64,000 nucleotides of DNA from Thermoplasmatota archaeon (GTDB lineage Archaea > Thermoplasmatota > JAKEGO01): the NCBI GenBank assembly GCA_028279595.1, contig JANQNK010000003.1, positions 160,001 to 224,000 on the forward strand. Direction: 5' to 3'. Both the position numbers and the translations under genes were made by a program. The notes under the pieces were generated by a model, which did no database searches, was not told where the DNA came from, and worked only from the letters and a program-made list of their open reading frames with translations. Positions 36,800-45,282 of this stretch are shown here, in pieces (position 1 is the stretch's first letter; each line of letters opens with the position of its first letter).

Positions 36800-36907
36800 T
36801 CAAGCCTTGCGCTGACGCAGCGCCTTCTGCCGGCGCCGCATGCGCTTCTTGCGCCATTTCCAGCGCATGTTGCCCTTCTTCTTCCAGCTTCTCGAGCCTC
36901 TCTTCAT
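36800..36907 (-). CDS. rpl41e: Ribosomal protein L41e (eL41/eS32) (not in ORF track)
   Basis: MKRGSRSWKKKGNMRWKWRKKRMRRRQKALRQRKA; GGAGAGTGG RBS. Confidence 0.85.
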   Translation of the reverse strand: MKRGSRSWKKKGNMRWKWRKKRMRRRQKALRQRKA

Positions 36908-37047
36908 GAGCCACTCTCCGTTGACTGCGCTGGAATAACTGGTTCTCCTATTTAAAGGTTGATAGGTTGGTTCAGTCTCTCAAAAGTGTGTTGGTATGTA
37001 CCTTTCAATGTGGGAACGTGTATATATCCAAAATCACATTCCGTGGT

Positions 37048-38205
37048 ATGAAGATATGGGTGGCCACCTTAGTTTTCATATTAGTGCTCAGTGGATATGG
37101 GGCGCGAGCATCTTTACCGGTTCAACAGCTTGAAGTCAGTAATGTGTATAGGACTGCAAATCCTGATGTATTCAATGATACGATCGTCTGGGAAAGAGAT
37201 GATCCTTGGCATGACCGCATAATTCAATCATACGATATTCGGTCTAACACCAAATCTATCGTAACCAATCAAACCAGATTCTATTCGAACAATCTTAGCT
37301 GTGACCTTAGAGGAAAAGCACGTAATCCCACTGCACTCGAAGATGCGATCATATGGCAGGATGAAATATTCTATGATTGGTCACAGACGATCGATGGGAT
37401 TGTATATTTGAATCTTACTAATGGACAGCTGTCATTAGTATCAAATGCAACGGAATATTCCGTCAATCCAGACGCTTATGGAGACATCATCGCATGGGAA
37501 TCAGGCTGGGATCAGAAGAATATCACATATCATCATATCTCAACTAACGAAACCATTAAAATCGATAGAAAATACAACCAAATCACACCGCAGGTGTATC
37601 AGAATTATCTTGTCTGGAATGAATATGATGGGGTCCCCTCTGTCGGTTGGACTAGGATCTACGTGAAGAATTTAATCACAAGCGAAATCGTCCAAGTAGG
37701 TGGAGATGGTGTAAAGTCCCCCTCCATTTATGGTGACAAAATTGTCTACGAGCATTGGGTATTTCCAGATGATGAAGGTGATGAACTCATTCGAGACATA
37801 TACATGCATAATCTAACAAGTGGAATTACAATCCCCATCTGCACCGATCCTGGTGATCAATTGATCCCTAAGATCTATGAGGATCAAATTGTTTGGATTG
37901 ACAATAATGATGGCGGATACCATATCGTATCTCACAATTTACAAACCGATGAAACTCTTAAGGTATGTACAGATCCCGAATTCGATCGGTACCATGTCGA
38001 CATTCATGGAAATGTAGTCGTATGGAGCGGTCATAATGAGGACGAATCAAGGTTGTTTTATTCGAATCTTTCATGGGAGCCGATTCCCGATCCGCGAATA
38101 ATCGAAACTATCGATAATGGATCCATAACCTCTGAAGTGATCATTGGATCATTGATTGTGCTGGGTATCATCGGACTTGTAGGTTTATGGAAGCAAAAGT
38201 CCTGA
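37048..38205 (+). CDS. Secreted beta-propeller (TolB-like repeat) protein, membrane anchored
   Basis: Repeated P.I.GD.IVW units, DIYMHNL, C-terminal TM; lower GC. Confidence 0.8.
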   Translation: MKIWVATLVFILVLSGYGARASLPVQQLEVSNVYRTANPDVFNDTIVWERDDPWHDRIIQSYDIRSNTKSIVTNQTRFYSNNLSCDLRGKARNPTALEDAIIWQDEIFYDWSQTIDGIVYLNLTNGQLSLVSNATEYSVNPDAYGDIIAWESGWDQKNITYHHISTNETIKIDRKYNQITPQVYQNYLVWNEYDGVPSVGWTRIYVKNLITSEIVQVGGDGVKSPSIYGDKIVYEHWVFPDDEGDELIRDIYMHNLTSGITIPICTDPGDQLIPKIYEDQIVWIDNNDGGYHIVSHNLQTDETLKVCTDPEFDRYHVDIHGNVVVWSGHNEDESRLFYSNLSWEPIPDPRIIETIDNGSITSEVIIGSLIVLGIIGLVGLWKQKS

Positions 38206-38222
38206 TAGACTTACGAATGATC

Positions 38223-38263
38223 AAAAAAGAAAAAAAAGAAAGAGTGAGCGCCTCGCGGCGCTC
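38223..38263 (-). terminator. Hairpin plus oligo-T terminator of the SSB gene
   Basis: GAGCGCC-GCGA-GGCGCTC followed by long T-tracts. Confidence 0.75.
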
Positions 38264-38294
38264 GATTGTCTGTTGGGTGTGTCACAACCGGTTC

Positions 38295-38720
38295 TCAGAA
38301 CCTGTTGTATCCGCCGCCACTGCCGCCATCCCTGCCTCCGTAGCGGGGATTCCTGCGGGGCATGTCGAACTCCCTGTCGGACATGTTGGTCTCGGTGTTG
38401 GCCTCGAGCTCCTCTTCGGCTTGGCTCATTGAGCCGTACTTGCCGATGTTGAGCCTCATGTGGCCCCTGACCAGGGAGATGTAACCGTTGTCCACCTGTA
38501 GTACGTCCCCGACGCTTACCTGCTCGGCCTGATCGTCCCAAAGGGACATCAGGATCCCGCCGGTGTCGTCCGCGACGAGTGCCTCGGTGACCATCCTGGT
38601 CGGTCCGAACCTCGAGGGTATCTCCTTCGGCTCGGATTTTTCGACTACCTTCACAAGAACGTACGCCCTCTTTGACTCGGGCGACAGTTCACTGACGCTT
38701 ACACGCTCTTCGCCTTCCAT
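38295..38720 (-). CDS. Single-OB-fold ssDNA-binding protein (RPA/SSB)
   Basis: VTEALVADDTG...LW...NGY......LNIGKYG; Gly/Arg-rich tail. Confidence 0.88.
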   Translation of the reverse strand: MEGEERVSVSELSPESKRAYVLVKVVEKSEPKEIPSRFGPTRMVTEALVADDTGGILMSLWDDQAEQVSVGDVLQVDNGYISLVRGHMRLNIGKYGSMSQAEEELEANTETNMSDREFDMPRRNPRYGGRDGGSGGGYNRF

Positions 38721-38813
38721 GGTAATGCCTCATTGTCTTTTATGGTCCTTCGCTCTGGGACCACCCTATCGACAGGACATCTAGTATAACTATCTTTGCC
38801 CGGCCCTTATCGT

Positions 38814-39311
38814 TCACATCGGGTCCACTGGCTCGACCTCGTCGGTCTCGTCGAAGAGCTTCCGGCTGCGCTCCAGGATCTCCACCGATTTCAACTCACC
38901 GATGAGGCGGTCCTCGCCGTCGACGATGGGAAGGTCGTTGAGGTGGTGCTCGACTATGAACCGCGTCGCCTCGACGACGGTGGTGTCGTGCATCACCGGG
39001 GTGGGATCATCCATGAACTCGTCGACGTTCTCCTTGAACACCTCGCGGAGGAAACGGAAGTACGACGTGATGCCGACCTCGCGTACCTTGAGCCTGTAGC
39101 CCACCTGCCGCATGAGGGTGTTTATCGTTACTGTCCCGACGAGGACCCCTTCCTCGTCGACGACGTACACCTTCGTCGACTGGTCAGCTCCGATCAGCGC
39201 GTCGATGGCATCGCTGAGCGGGCTGCCCAGCGTCACTGATGCCGCCACGCATTCGCATCCTTCCATTATGTCCTCGACGGTCTGGTCGAGGATGTGCTTC
39301 TCTTCCGGCAT
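38814..39311 (-). CDS. CBS-pair protein
   Basis: VYVVDEEGVLVG and LPIVDGEDRLIG. Confidence 0.88.
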   Translation of the reverse strand: MPEEKHILDQTVEDIMEGCECVAASVTLGSPLSDAIDALIGADQSTKVYVVDEEGVLVGTVTINTLMRQVGYRLKVREVGITSYFRFLREVFKENVDEFMDDPTPVMHDTTVVEATRFIVEHHLNDLPIVDGEDRLIGELKSVEILERSRKLFDETDEVEPVDPM

Positions 39312-39312
39312 T

Positions 39313-40824
39313 TCACTCTCCCTCCTTTGCCATGTGGACCGTCGTCTGCGGGAACGGTATGTCGATGCCCGCCTTCTCGAACCTGTCGTGGACCTCGGTG
39401 TTCAGATAGTCGTCCACTGACCACCTGTTGTCCCTGTCGTCCAGCCAGACGATGACCTTGAACATTATCGCGGAGTCACCCAGATCGCTGAACCGGATCA
39501 CGGGCTGGAGGTCCGGATCGTCCTTCAGGATGTGCTCGTTCGCGTCGATTATCTCCTTCAGGATGGCCTTCACCTGGCGTGTGTCGGAATCATAGCCCAC
39601 TCCGATGTTCTTGGAGATCTTGCCGGGATCGTCCGCATTGTCGAAGAGCGCGATGATGTCGGACCCGATCTTGTTGTTCGGTATCGTGACCATCGCCGCG
39701 TCCGAGTATCGATACAGACGGGTCGACCTCAGCCCGATCTTCCTGACCTGGTACCAGGTGTCGTTCCCGAGGATGATGTTGTCACCCTTCTTGAAGGGCC
39801 TGTCCGTGAGGATGAAGATCCCGCTGAAGAAGTTCGATAGGGTCTCCTGCGCGGCGAAGGCGATGACCATGCTGATCACCACCCCTCCTGCCACGAAGAG
39901 GGTGAGATCGATCCCGAGGTGACTGAGAAGTGCTCCCAGCGCTATGATCCCGATGATCACAACACCGATCTTCTCTATCAATGGGATTAGCATGTCGTCG
40001 AGGTCCGTCGCGGTCTTGCGGGACATGATGTGTCCGTAGAACACCACGACCTCCTTGAAGATCTTGTATGCCATGTAGAATATTATTATCGTGAACACGA
40101 GGTAGTAGATCTGATCGAACAGTGAGATCAACCATCCCGGTATGATGTGGTCGATCACCCTCAGGGAGACGATCGCACCATAGAGGAACAGGAGCACGAT
40201 GATCGGCGTGTGCACGATGGCAAGGACCCTGTCGTCGAGCTTGTTCTTGGATTTCTTCGTCCAGTGCTTCACGACCGGGTCCATGGTGATCACTGCGAGG
40301 AACGAGATACCCAGCCAGAGGAGGACGTTCATGACGAAGATGCCGTAGGCGTTGTCAAGCGGCGGACCGAAGGGATTCTCCCAGATCCCGAAGACGAGGT
40401 CAGTGTCCACGTCGGGTTTGGGTTCGTCAATGGTGATCACGACCTTGTGTTCCGAGTACTTGACCGGTGATCCGTTCTGGTAGACCATGAACTCGACGCT
40501 GATGCGTTCCCTGCCCTCTGCATCCGTTGGGACCACAACTGTGAGCGTGAAGGTGCGTGCATCCGAATAGGGAAGGAACGTGGTCATCGGTGACATGGAT
40601 ATGTTCCATCCGCCGATCTCCGATATCGTAACGTTCACGGTGAAGTTCATCTCGAGCTCATCGACGTTCCTCAGCGTCCAGATGAACTCGTACGTGTCCC
40701 CCTTGTTGACATCCCGTTCGTAACCGTCGATCTCGATGATGTCGACGGTCTCCGCACCTACGGCAGGCGCGAGGAGTATCGTCAGGACTGCGAGAATGAC
40801 TATCGCTAGCTGCTGTCGCATCAT
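39313..40824 (-). CDS. MscS-family mechanosensitive channel with N-terminal extracellular domain
   Basis: AFAAQETLSNFFSG, RPFKKGD, IGLRST, IPN, GIDIPFPQ. Confidence 0.9.
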   Translation of the reverse strand: MMRQQLAIVILAVLTILLAPAVGAETVDIIEIDGYERDVNKGDTYEFIWTLRNVDELEMNFTVNVTISEIGGWNISMSPMTTFLPYSDARTFTLTVVVPTDAEGRERISVEFMVYQNGSPVKYSEHKVVITIDEPKPDVDTDLVFGIWENPFGPPLDNAYGIFVMNVLLWLGISFLAVITMDPVVKHWTKKSKNKLDDRVLAIVHTPIIVLLFLYGAIVSLRVIDHIIPGWLISLFDQIYYLVFTIIIFYMAYKIFKEVVVFYGHIMSRKTATDLDDMLIPLIEKIGVVIIGIIALGALLSHLGIDLTLFVAGGVVISMVIAFAAQETLSNFFSGIFILTDRPFKKGDNIILGNDTWYQVRKIGLRSTRLYRYSDAAMVTIPNNKIGSDIIALFDNADDPGKISKNIGVGYDSDTRQVKAILKEIIDANEHILKDDPDLQPVIRFSDLGDSAIMFKVIVWLDDRDNRWSVDDYLNTEVHDRFEKAGIDIPFPQTTVHMAKEGE

Positions 40825-40922
40825 GCTCCCGCATTGAACGGTCCCTTATTTGATTCTTTTCCTGACCTAGAACGATTCCCCAAATGAGGTGTCAAGTCCC
40901 CGATCGGTACGAGGGTGAGGCC

Positions 40923-41270
40923 TCAGATCATGTGGTGGATCAGCGGAAGCTGCTCCAGCGGGAAGCTGTAGTCCATGCCGAACCTGTCGTCGAGGAACCT
41001 GCGCCCCTCTCCCGTGATATCGTAGGAAAGGAGCGCTGCGAAGAAGTCTCCCCCCGTTCGAAGCTCGTTAGAGGGAGAGATAAGTCCCTCCCTCTCCAGA
41101 TGATCCAGATGACGTGTGAGGTCCTCGCGTGACCTGTTGAGCAGGAGGATCAGCTCCATCATCGAAGTCCTGCCGTCGGTATGGTCTGCTACGATCTCCA
41201 TGATCCTGGTATCGATAATACTGTTACCCCGCGCCGCAGCCCTTCCCTTGAACGTGCAATCCACCACCAT
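40923..41270 (-). CDS. Winged-helix DNA-binding protein
   Basis: EL...LNRSREDLTRHLDHLEREGLI...YDITGEGR. Confidence 0.7.
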   Translation of the reverse strand: MVVDCTFKGRAAARGNSIIDTRIMEIVADHTDGRTSMMELILLLNRSREDLTRHLDHLEREGLISPSNELRTGGDFFAALLSYDITGEGRRFLDDRFGMDYSFPLEQLPLIHHMI

Positions 41271-41533
41271 GTCACCACCTTGCTTGCCCTCTTCGCAAGG
41301 TAATTTGTGCGTTTTGAGTATATAAACCCCCTTTGGTTATTTGACACGGTCCTCACGTGGTGTAATACAAGCGAATATGCGCTAAATGGGTCTGAAAGTG
41401 CCGAAAACGCAGGAATCCGGACGGTGGTATCACGGAAGCGACGCCCCAAAAGAGTTGATCGCCGGACGCTGCACCCTGTGGGGGGGAGATGAGCGTCTAC
41501 GGCATCGATGGGGACCCGATGCAATGTGGGGCG

Positions 41534-41644
41534 TCACTTCCCGTTTTTCATCCTGAGCAGCAACTGGACCCTGTACAGGTTCGTCAGGACGCGCGCCCTT
41601 CCGAACTCGATGGTCTCGATCGGTCCAGCCGTCGTGTCGTACAT
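41534..41644 (-). CDS. 36-aa small protein (not in ORF track)
   Basis: MYDTTAGPIETIEFGRARVLTNLYRVQLLLRMKNGK; GGTGG RBS, TTATATA near 41691, host-like third-position GC. Confidence 0.6.
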   Translation of the reverse strand: MYDTTAGPIETIEFGRARVLTNLYRVQLLLRMKNGK

Positions 41645-41790
41645 GTTTCGCCACCGTCCATTTCGCTGCAGAAATACACCCGTTTCACGCTATATAAGCG
41701 GACCTTGGTTACTACCTGAAACCCTTGGTGGTATGCCTCAAACATGCCCTGAAACGGGCGTTTTTCGGCGTTTTAAGGGTGAAGTCCCGA

Positions 41791-43644
41791 TCACCTTCTC
41801 CGGCGGAATACCGCGAACAGAGCGATCGTGGATACGACCGTCAACATGAGGGTGAACTCGGGCACCTTCTCGGGTGCATCATTATCCGTCATGTTTCCGA
41901 GCGGGTATCTATCCTCGGCGCTCCCGGCCCCGTCGATCGGATACGTTCCGGTGCCGTTCCAGTCCGACCAGTAGTTACCCTCGCTGTCATCGTCGTCCCA
42001 GAGGTTCGTGGACGAGCTGTCTGCACCCTGGGAGCCGGTGCCTCCGTTGTTCACGATGTTGTTGTGGTGGATGCTCATATCCGAACAGGACGACAGTTCG
42101 ATACCGTAGGCGTTGTTGTTGAATATCTCGTTCCATGCGATGGTGCCGTTGTCCGACGAGTAAAGGTAGATCCCTTGGGCGCTCCCCTCGTAGACCGAAT
42201 TGTTTGTGATGGTCAGTCTGGACGTTGAAGCCGCTCCGTAGATCCCCTGGTCCGTGTTGTCATCGAAGTCATTGCCGGATATGGTGCAATCCTCGATGCC
42301 CGTCATCATGCGGACACCGTTGTCCGAGTTCTGGCGGAGGGTGTTGTTCGTGATCGTGGTGTTGTGGCTGTTCTGGTGCACGTAGATGCCATCGCTCCAC
42401 GAGTTGTTGATCGTGTTGTTGTGTATCAACGACATGTACGAATCCCTGACCCAGATCCCGTCTCCAGTTCCCCACATGATATGGGAGTCCTGGATCGTGG
42501 TGTACTCGCACCAGAAGTACACATAGATCGATGTGATCCCGTTCTTCGTGAAGGTGCATCCCTCGATCAGTGTGTAATGCGACCTGAAATATAGGACGAT
42601 ACCGCGCAGACCGTCCCTTATCGTACAGTTCCTTATCACGGTGGACATTGCCCACTCGGTCTCGATGTTGCTGCTCCCGCCTCCGCTGATGTAACTGTCC
42701 GCCACCGTGCAGTTCTCCGAGGTCTGGATGAAGATCCCCCGGTAAACGCCCTTGAACGTCCCGTTCGTGACATTGATCCAATCGCACTGGTGCATGGATA
42801 TGGCCGTGTCCGTGTTCTCCGTCGAGAACCCATCGAGATCGATGTCCGCACAGTTCGCAAGTATCACCATACCGACGCTGGTCGGAACGGAAACGTCGCT
42901 CGAGTTCGTCAGATAGTAGACGGGCAATCCGTTTACATCGGTGTTCTCGAACCAGTGCGTTGTCGTCCTGGCCTCCAACGAACCATCCAGGGACGGGCTG
43001 TCGTAGTTGAATGTGGTATCGGTGAAGTTGACGAGTGTCGTCGAATCGATGCTGAATCCGAATCGCGAGTTGTTCTCGAAGGTGCAATCGTTCACCCGCG
43101 CCCTGTTCACCTGGAACAGACTGACCCCATTCCATGAGTTGTTGTGTATGTAACAGTTGGTGAGCTTGAGGCGGTCAGCGTTGTAATAACGTATCCCATC
43201 AGTGGAACCGGTTATCACCGTATCGATTATCTCGAGGTCATCGTAGTCATCGTCGTAAATTCCGTGGGTCCAAATACCCGATCCGTTCCCTACGATCGTG
43301 AACCCCTTGATGGTGACCTCGTCCGAGATGACGTTGACCGCATAGTCGTTCCCCGGACCCTCGATCAGCACGAGGTCCGAGCCGTTCCCCTTCATCCAGA
43401 TATTGTTGTCGATATCGATGCTCTCGTAGTAATTACCCTCGTAGACCCTGATCCTCTTCTGCCCGACGGAGGCGTTGGACCCGGTGGCGTCGATGGCCTC
43501 CTGGATCGTTCCGTAATCGGCCCAGGTCCCGTTGTCGTCATCCACGATTATCTGTCCCTCGGCCTCCCCTGTCACCAGAACGAGACCGGCGAACAGCAGG
43601 AATCCGAAGCATAGCAGTATCAGTATCCTCTTGTAACCCCACAT
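41791..43644 (-). CDS. NosD-like parallel beta-helix surface protein with PEF-CTERM signal
   Basis: TIQEAID, beta-helix repeats, GNYWSDW, VPEF + TM + RRRR. Confidence 0.85.
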   Translation of the reverse strand: MWGYKRILILLCFGFLLFAGLVLVTGEAEGQIIVDDDNGTWADYGTIQEAIDATGSNASVGQKRIRVYEGNYYESIDIDNNIWMKGNGSDLVLIEGPGNDYAVNVISDEVTIKGFTIVGNGSGIWTHGIYDDDYDDLEIIDTVITGSTDGIRYYNADRLKLTNCYIHNNSWNGVSLFQVNRARVNDCTFENNSRFGFSIDSTTLVNFTDTTFNYDSPSLDGSLEARTTTHWFENTDVNGLPVYYLTNSSDVSVPTSVGMVILANCADIDLDGFSTENTDTAISMHQCDWINVTNGTFKGVYRGIFIQTSENCTVADSYISGGGSSNIETEWAMSTVIRNCTIRDGLRGIVLYFRSHYTLIEGCTFTKNGITSIYVYFWCEYTTIQDSHIMWGTGDGIWVRDSYMSLIHNNTINNSWSDGIYVHQNSHNTTITNNTLRQNSDNGVRMMTGIEDCTISGNDFDDNTDQGIYGAASTSRLTITNNSVYEGSAQGIYLYSSDNGTIAWNEIFNNNAYGIELSSCSDMSIHHNNIVNNGGTGSQGADSSSTNLWDDDDSEGNYWSDWNGTGTYPIDGAGSAEDRYPLGNMTDNDAPEKVPEFTLMLTVVSTIALFAVFRRRR

Positions 43645-43772
43645 GGTTATCCCGGCCAGAAATCGAGGAAGGGTTACTTAATGCTACCTGATGGTTTGAC
43701 CCGGACCCGTCCATCCTGGCTCCTACCACCCGCCCATTGTCTCCAACGCTGGTGCGGGGTCCAGATCCGACC

Positions 43773-45221
43773 TCAATATCTGCGTCTGCGGACGACGATG
43801 GCCATGAGGAACATCGCTGCCAGCGAGATCATCACTGTGAATTCCGGGACCTTCTCAGGAGCGTTCGTCGGGAATGGGTCGTCAGCGGGCGCGTCGTCCT
43901 CGGCGTTCCCTGCCCCGTCAAGCGGATAAGCTCCGGTGCCGTTCCAGTTGTCCCACCAGTTGCCCTCGGATCCGTCCGTCCATTGATTATTGCCGGTCTC
44001 GTCCGCCGCCTGCGGCGAGTTGTGGTTCTTCAGGAAGTTGTTGTGGTGGATGACGTTGTTCCAGCAGTCCCAGCCGACATAGACGCCGTACTCATCGTTC
44101 CAGATGATCTCATTGTAGGTTATCGTGTTGTTCTCGGAGCTCCCCAGTCCGATACCGTACAGCAAGTTGTACTGGTATGTGCAGTTAGTGATGAAAGTCC
44201 AGTTGCAGTTGATCAACGTCGTTCCGTTGTAGGAGTTGTTGAAGACGTTGCAGACCATGAAGGCGTTCCGGTCGCTCATGGTCATCAGGACGCCGTCGTA
44301 GGTGCTCTCGCTGATCTCGGTGTTCTTGAAGAGGTTGTCATGGCACAGGTACATGTATACCCCTCTCCAGGTATGGTTGGATATCGAACAGTTGTCGAAT
44401 GTGTTGTTGTTGCAGGATTCCAGGCTCAACCCATCGTAGTTGTCCCACTTGAAACCATTCTCGTGGAAGGTGGTGTTCCGGAAGGTGTTGTTCTCAGCGC
44501 TGTACCAACCCAATCCCTCGTAGTAGTTCCTCGAGAGGTCGCACATCTCGAACGTGTTCCAGTATACCTGCCAGCCGCCTATCCCGGCCCCAGTGGTCCG
44601 GTTCACGGTACAGTTGTAGAAGTAACTGCCGTTGACGTAGTGCATCTGGATGCCGACCTCGGCGCCCCTCATGAAGAGGCTGTTCGTGAACGTCACGTTG
44701 TCTATTGTCTCGAGGTTCACATTATGGGTCCTGTAGACGTAGAGGTTGTCGAAATAGCTCCAGTTGACGTTGACGAGGTTCAGCCCGTAACTGTCGGAAC
44801 CGAAGGTCCTGTTCATGGAGCAATTATATGCCCGCGCGTTGGAGCAGTTCTGAATGTCCAGGATCCCGTACCTGTACCGGTGGCTAGTCATCCCGATGTT
44901 CTCGATCTTCACGTCATCGGCCCTGACCGCGATCGCGCTCCCGTCCTGCCCGCCATCCACGATGGTCTCGTTCGTGCCGTTGCCGATCAACCTCATCGAC
45001 TTGTTCACGACGACGTTCTCCTCGTACAGGCCCTCGTGGATGAAGATCCAGTTCCCGGCCGTCGTGTTGTCGATCGCATCCTGGATGTTGTCGAAATCCG
45101 CTCCAGCCCAATCATCGTCGACAGTGACCTCCAATGGTCTTCCACCAACCAGTCCTGCAGTAACAAGCACGATCGAAAGCAATCCGACTATCGTCAACAT
45201 TCGTACCGGTCCCATTTTCAC
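43773..45221 (-). CDS. NosD-like parallel beta-helix surface protein with PEF-CTERM signal (paralog)
   Basis: NIQDAID, GLYEENVVVNKS, GNWWDNW, VPEF + TM + RRRR. Confidence 0.85.
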   Translation of the reverse strand: MKMGPVRMLTIVGLLSIVLVTAGLVGGRPLEVTVDDDWAGADFDNIQDAIDNTTAGNWIFIHEGLYEENVVVNKSMRLIGNGTNETIVDGGQDGSAIAVRADDVKIENIGMTSHRYRYGILDIQNCSNARAYNCSMNRTFGSDSYGLNLVNVNWSYFDNLYVYRTHNVNLETIDNVTFTNSLFMRGAEVGIQMHYVNGSYFYNCTVNRTTGAGIGGWQVYWNTFEMCDLSRNYYEGLGWYSAENNTFRNTTFHENGFKWDNYDGLSLESCNNNTFDNCSISNHTWRGVYMYLCHDNLFKNTEISESTYDGVLMTMSDRNAFMVCNVFNNSYNGTTLINCNWTFITNCTYQYNLLYGIGLGSSENNTITYNEIIWNDEYGVYVGWDCWNNVIHHNNFLKNHNSPQAADETGNNQWTDGSEGNWWDNWNGTGAYPLDGAGNAEDDAPADDPFPTNAPEKVPEFTVMISLAAMFLMAIVVRRRRY

Positions 45222-45282
45222 ACCTCTGGTCGGCGCCCCCGCGCCAACTGACGAATCGAAGCTTTACGTAATAAATCTTCCC

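Noticed and set aside
36594-36914. ORFs 36513-36914(-), 36631-36909(+) and the distal part of 36504-36815(+)
   Set aside because: Shadows of tRNA-Trp and rpl41e; only 36519-36593 is kept, as half of the att-spanning ORF.
41189-41536. UGA (selenocysteine) readthrough of the 36-aa ORF into the in-frame 111-aa ORF
   Set aside because: The extension looks non-protein-like, crosses the next gene's promoter, and no archaeal SECIS motif is evident.
43737-45251. 504-aa + strand ORF and many similar long antisense ORFs
   Set aside because: Antisense shadows produced by high third-position GC of real genes.
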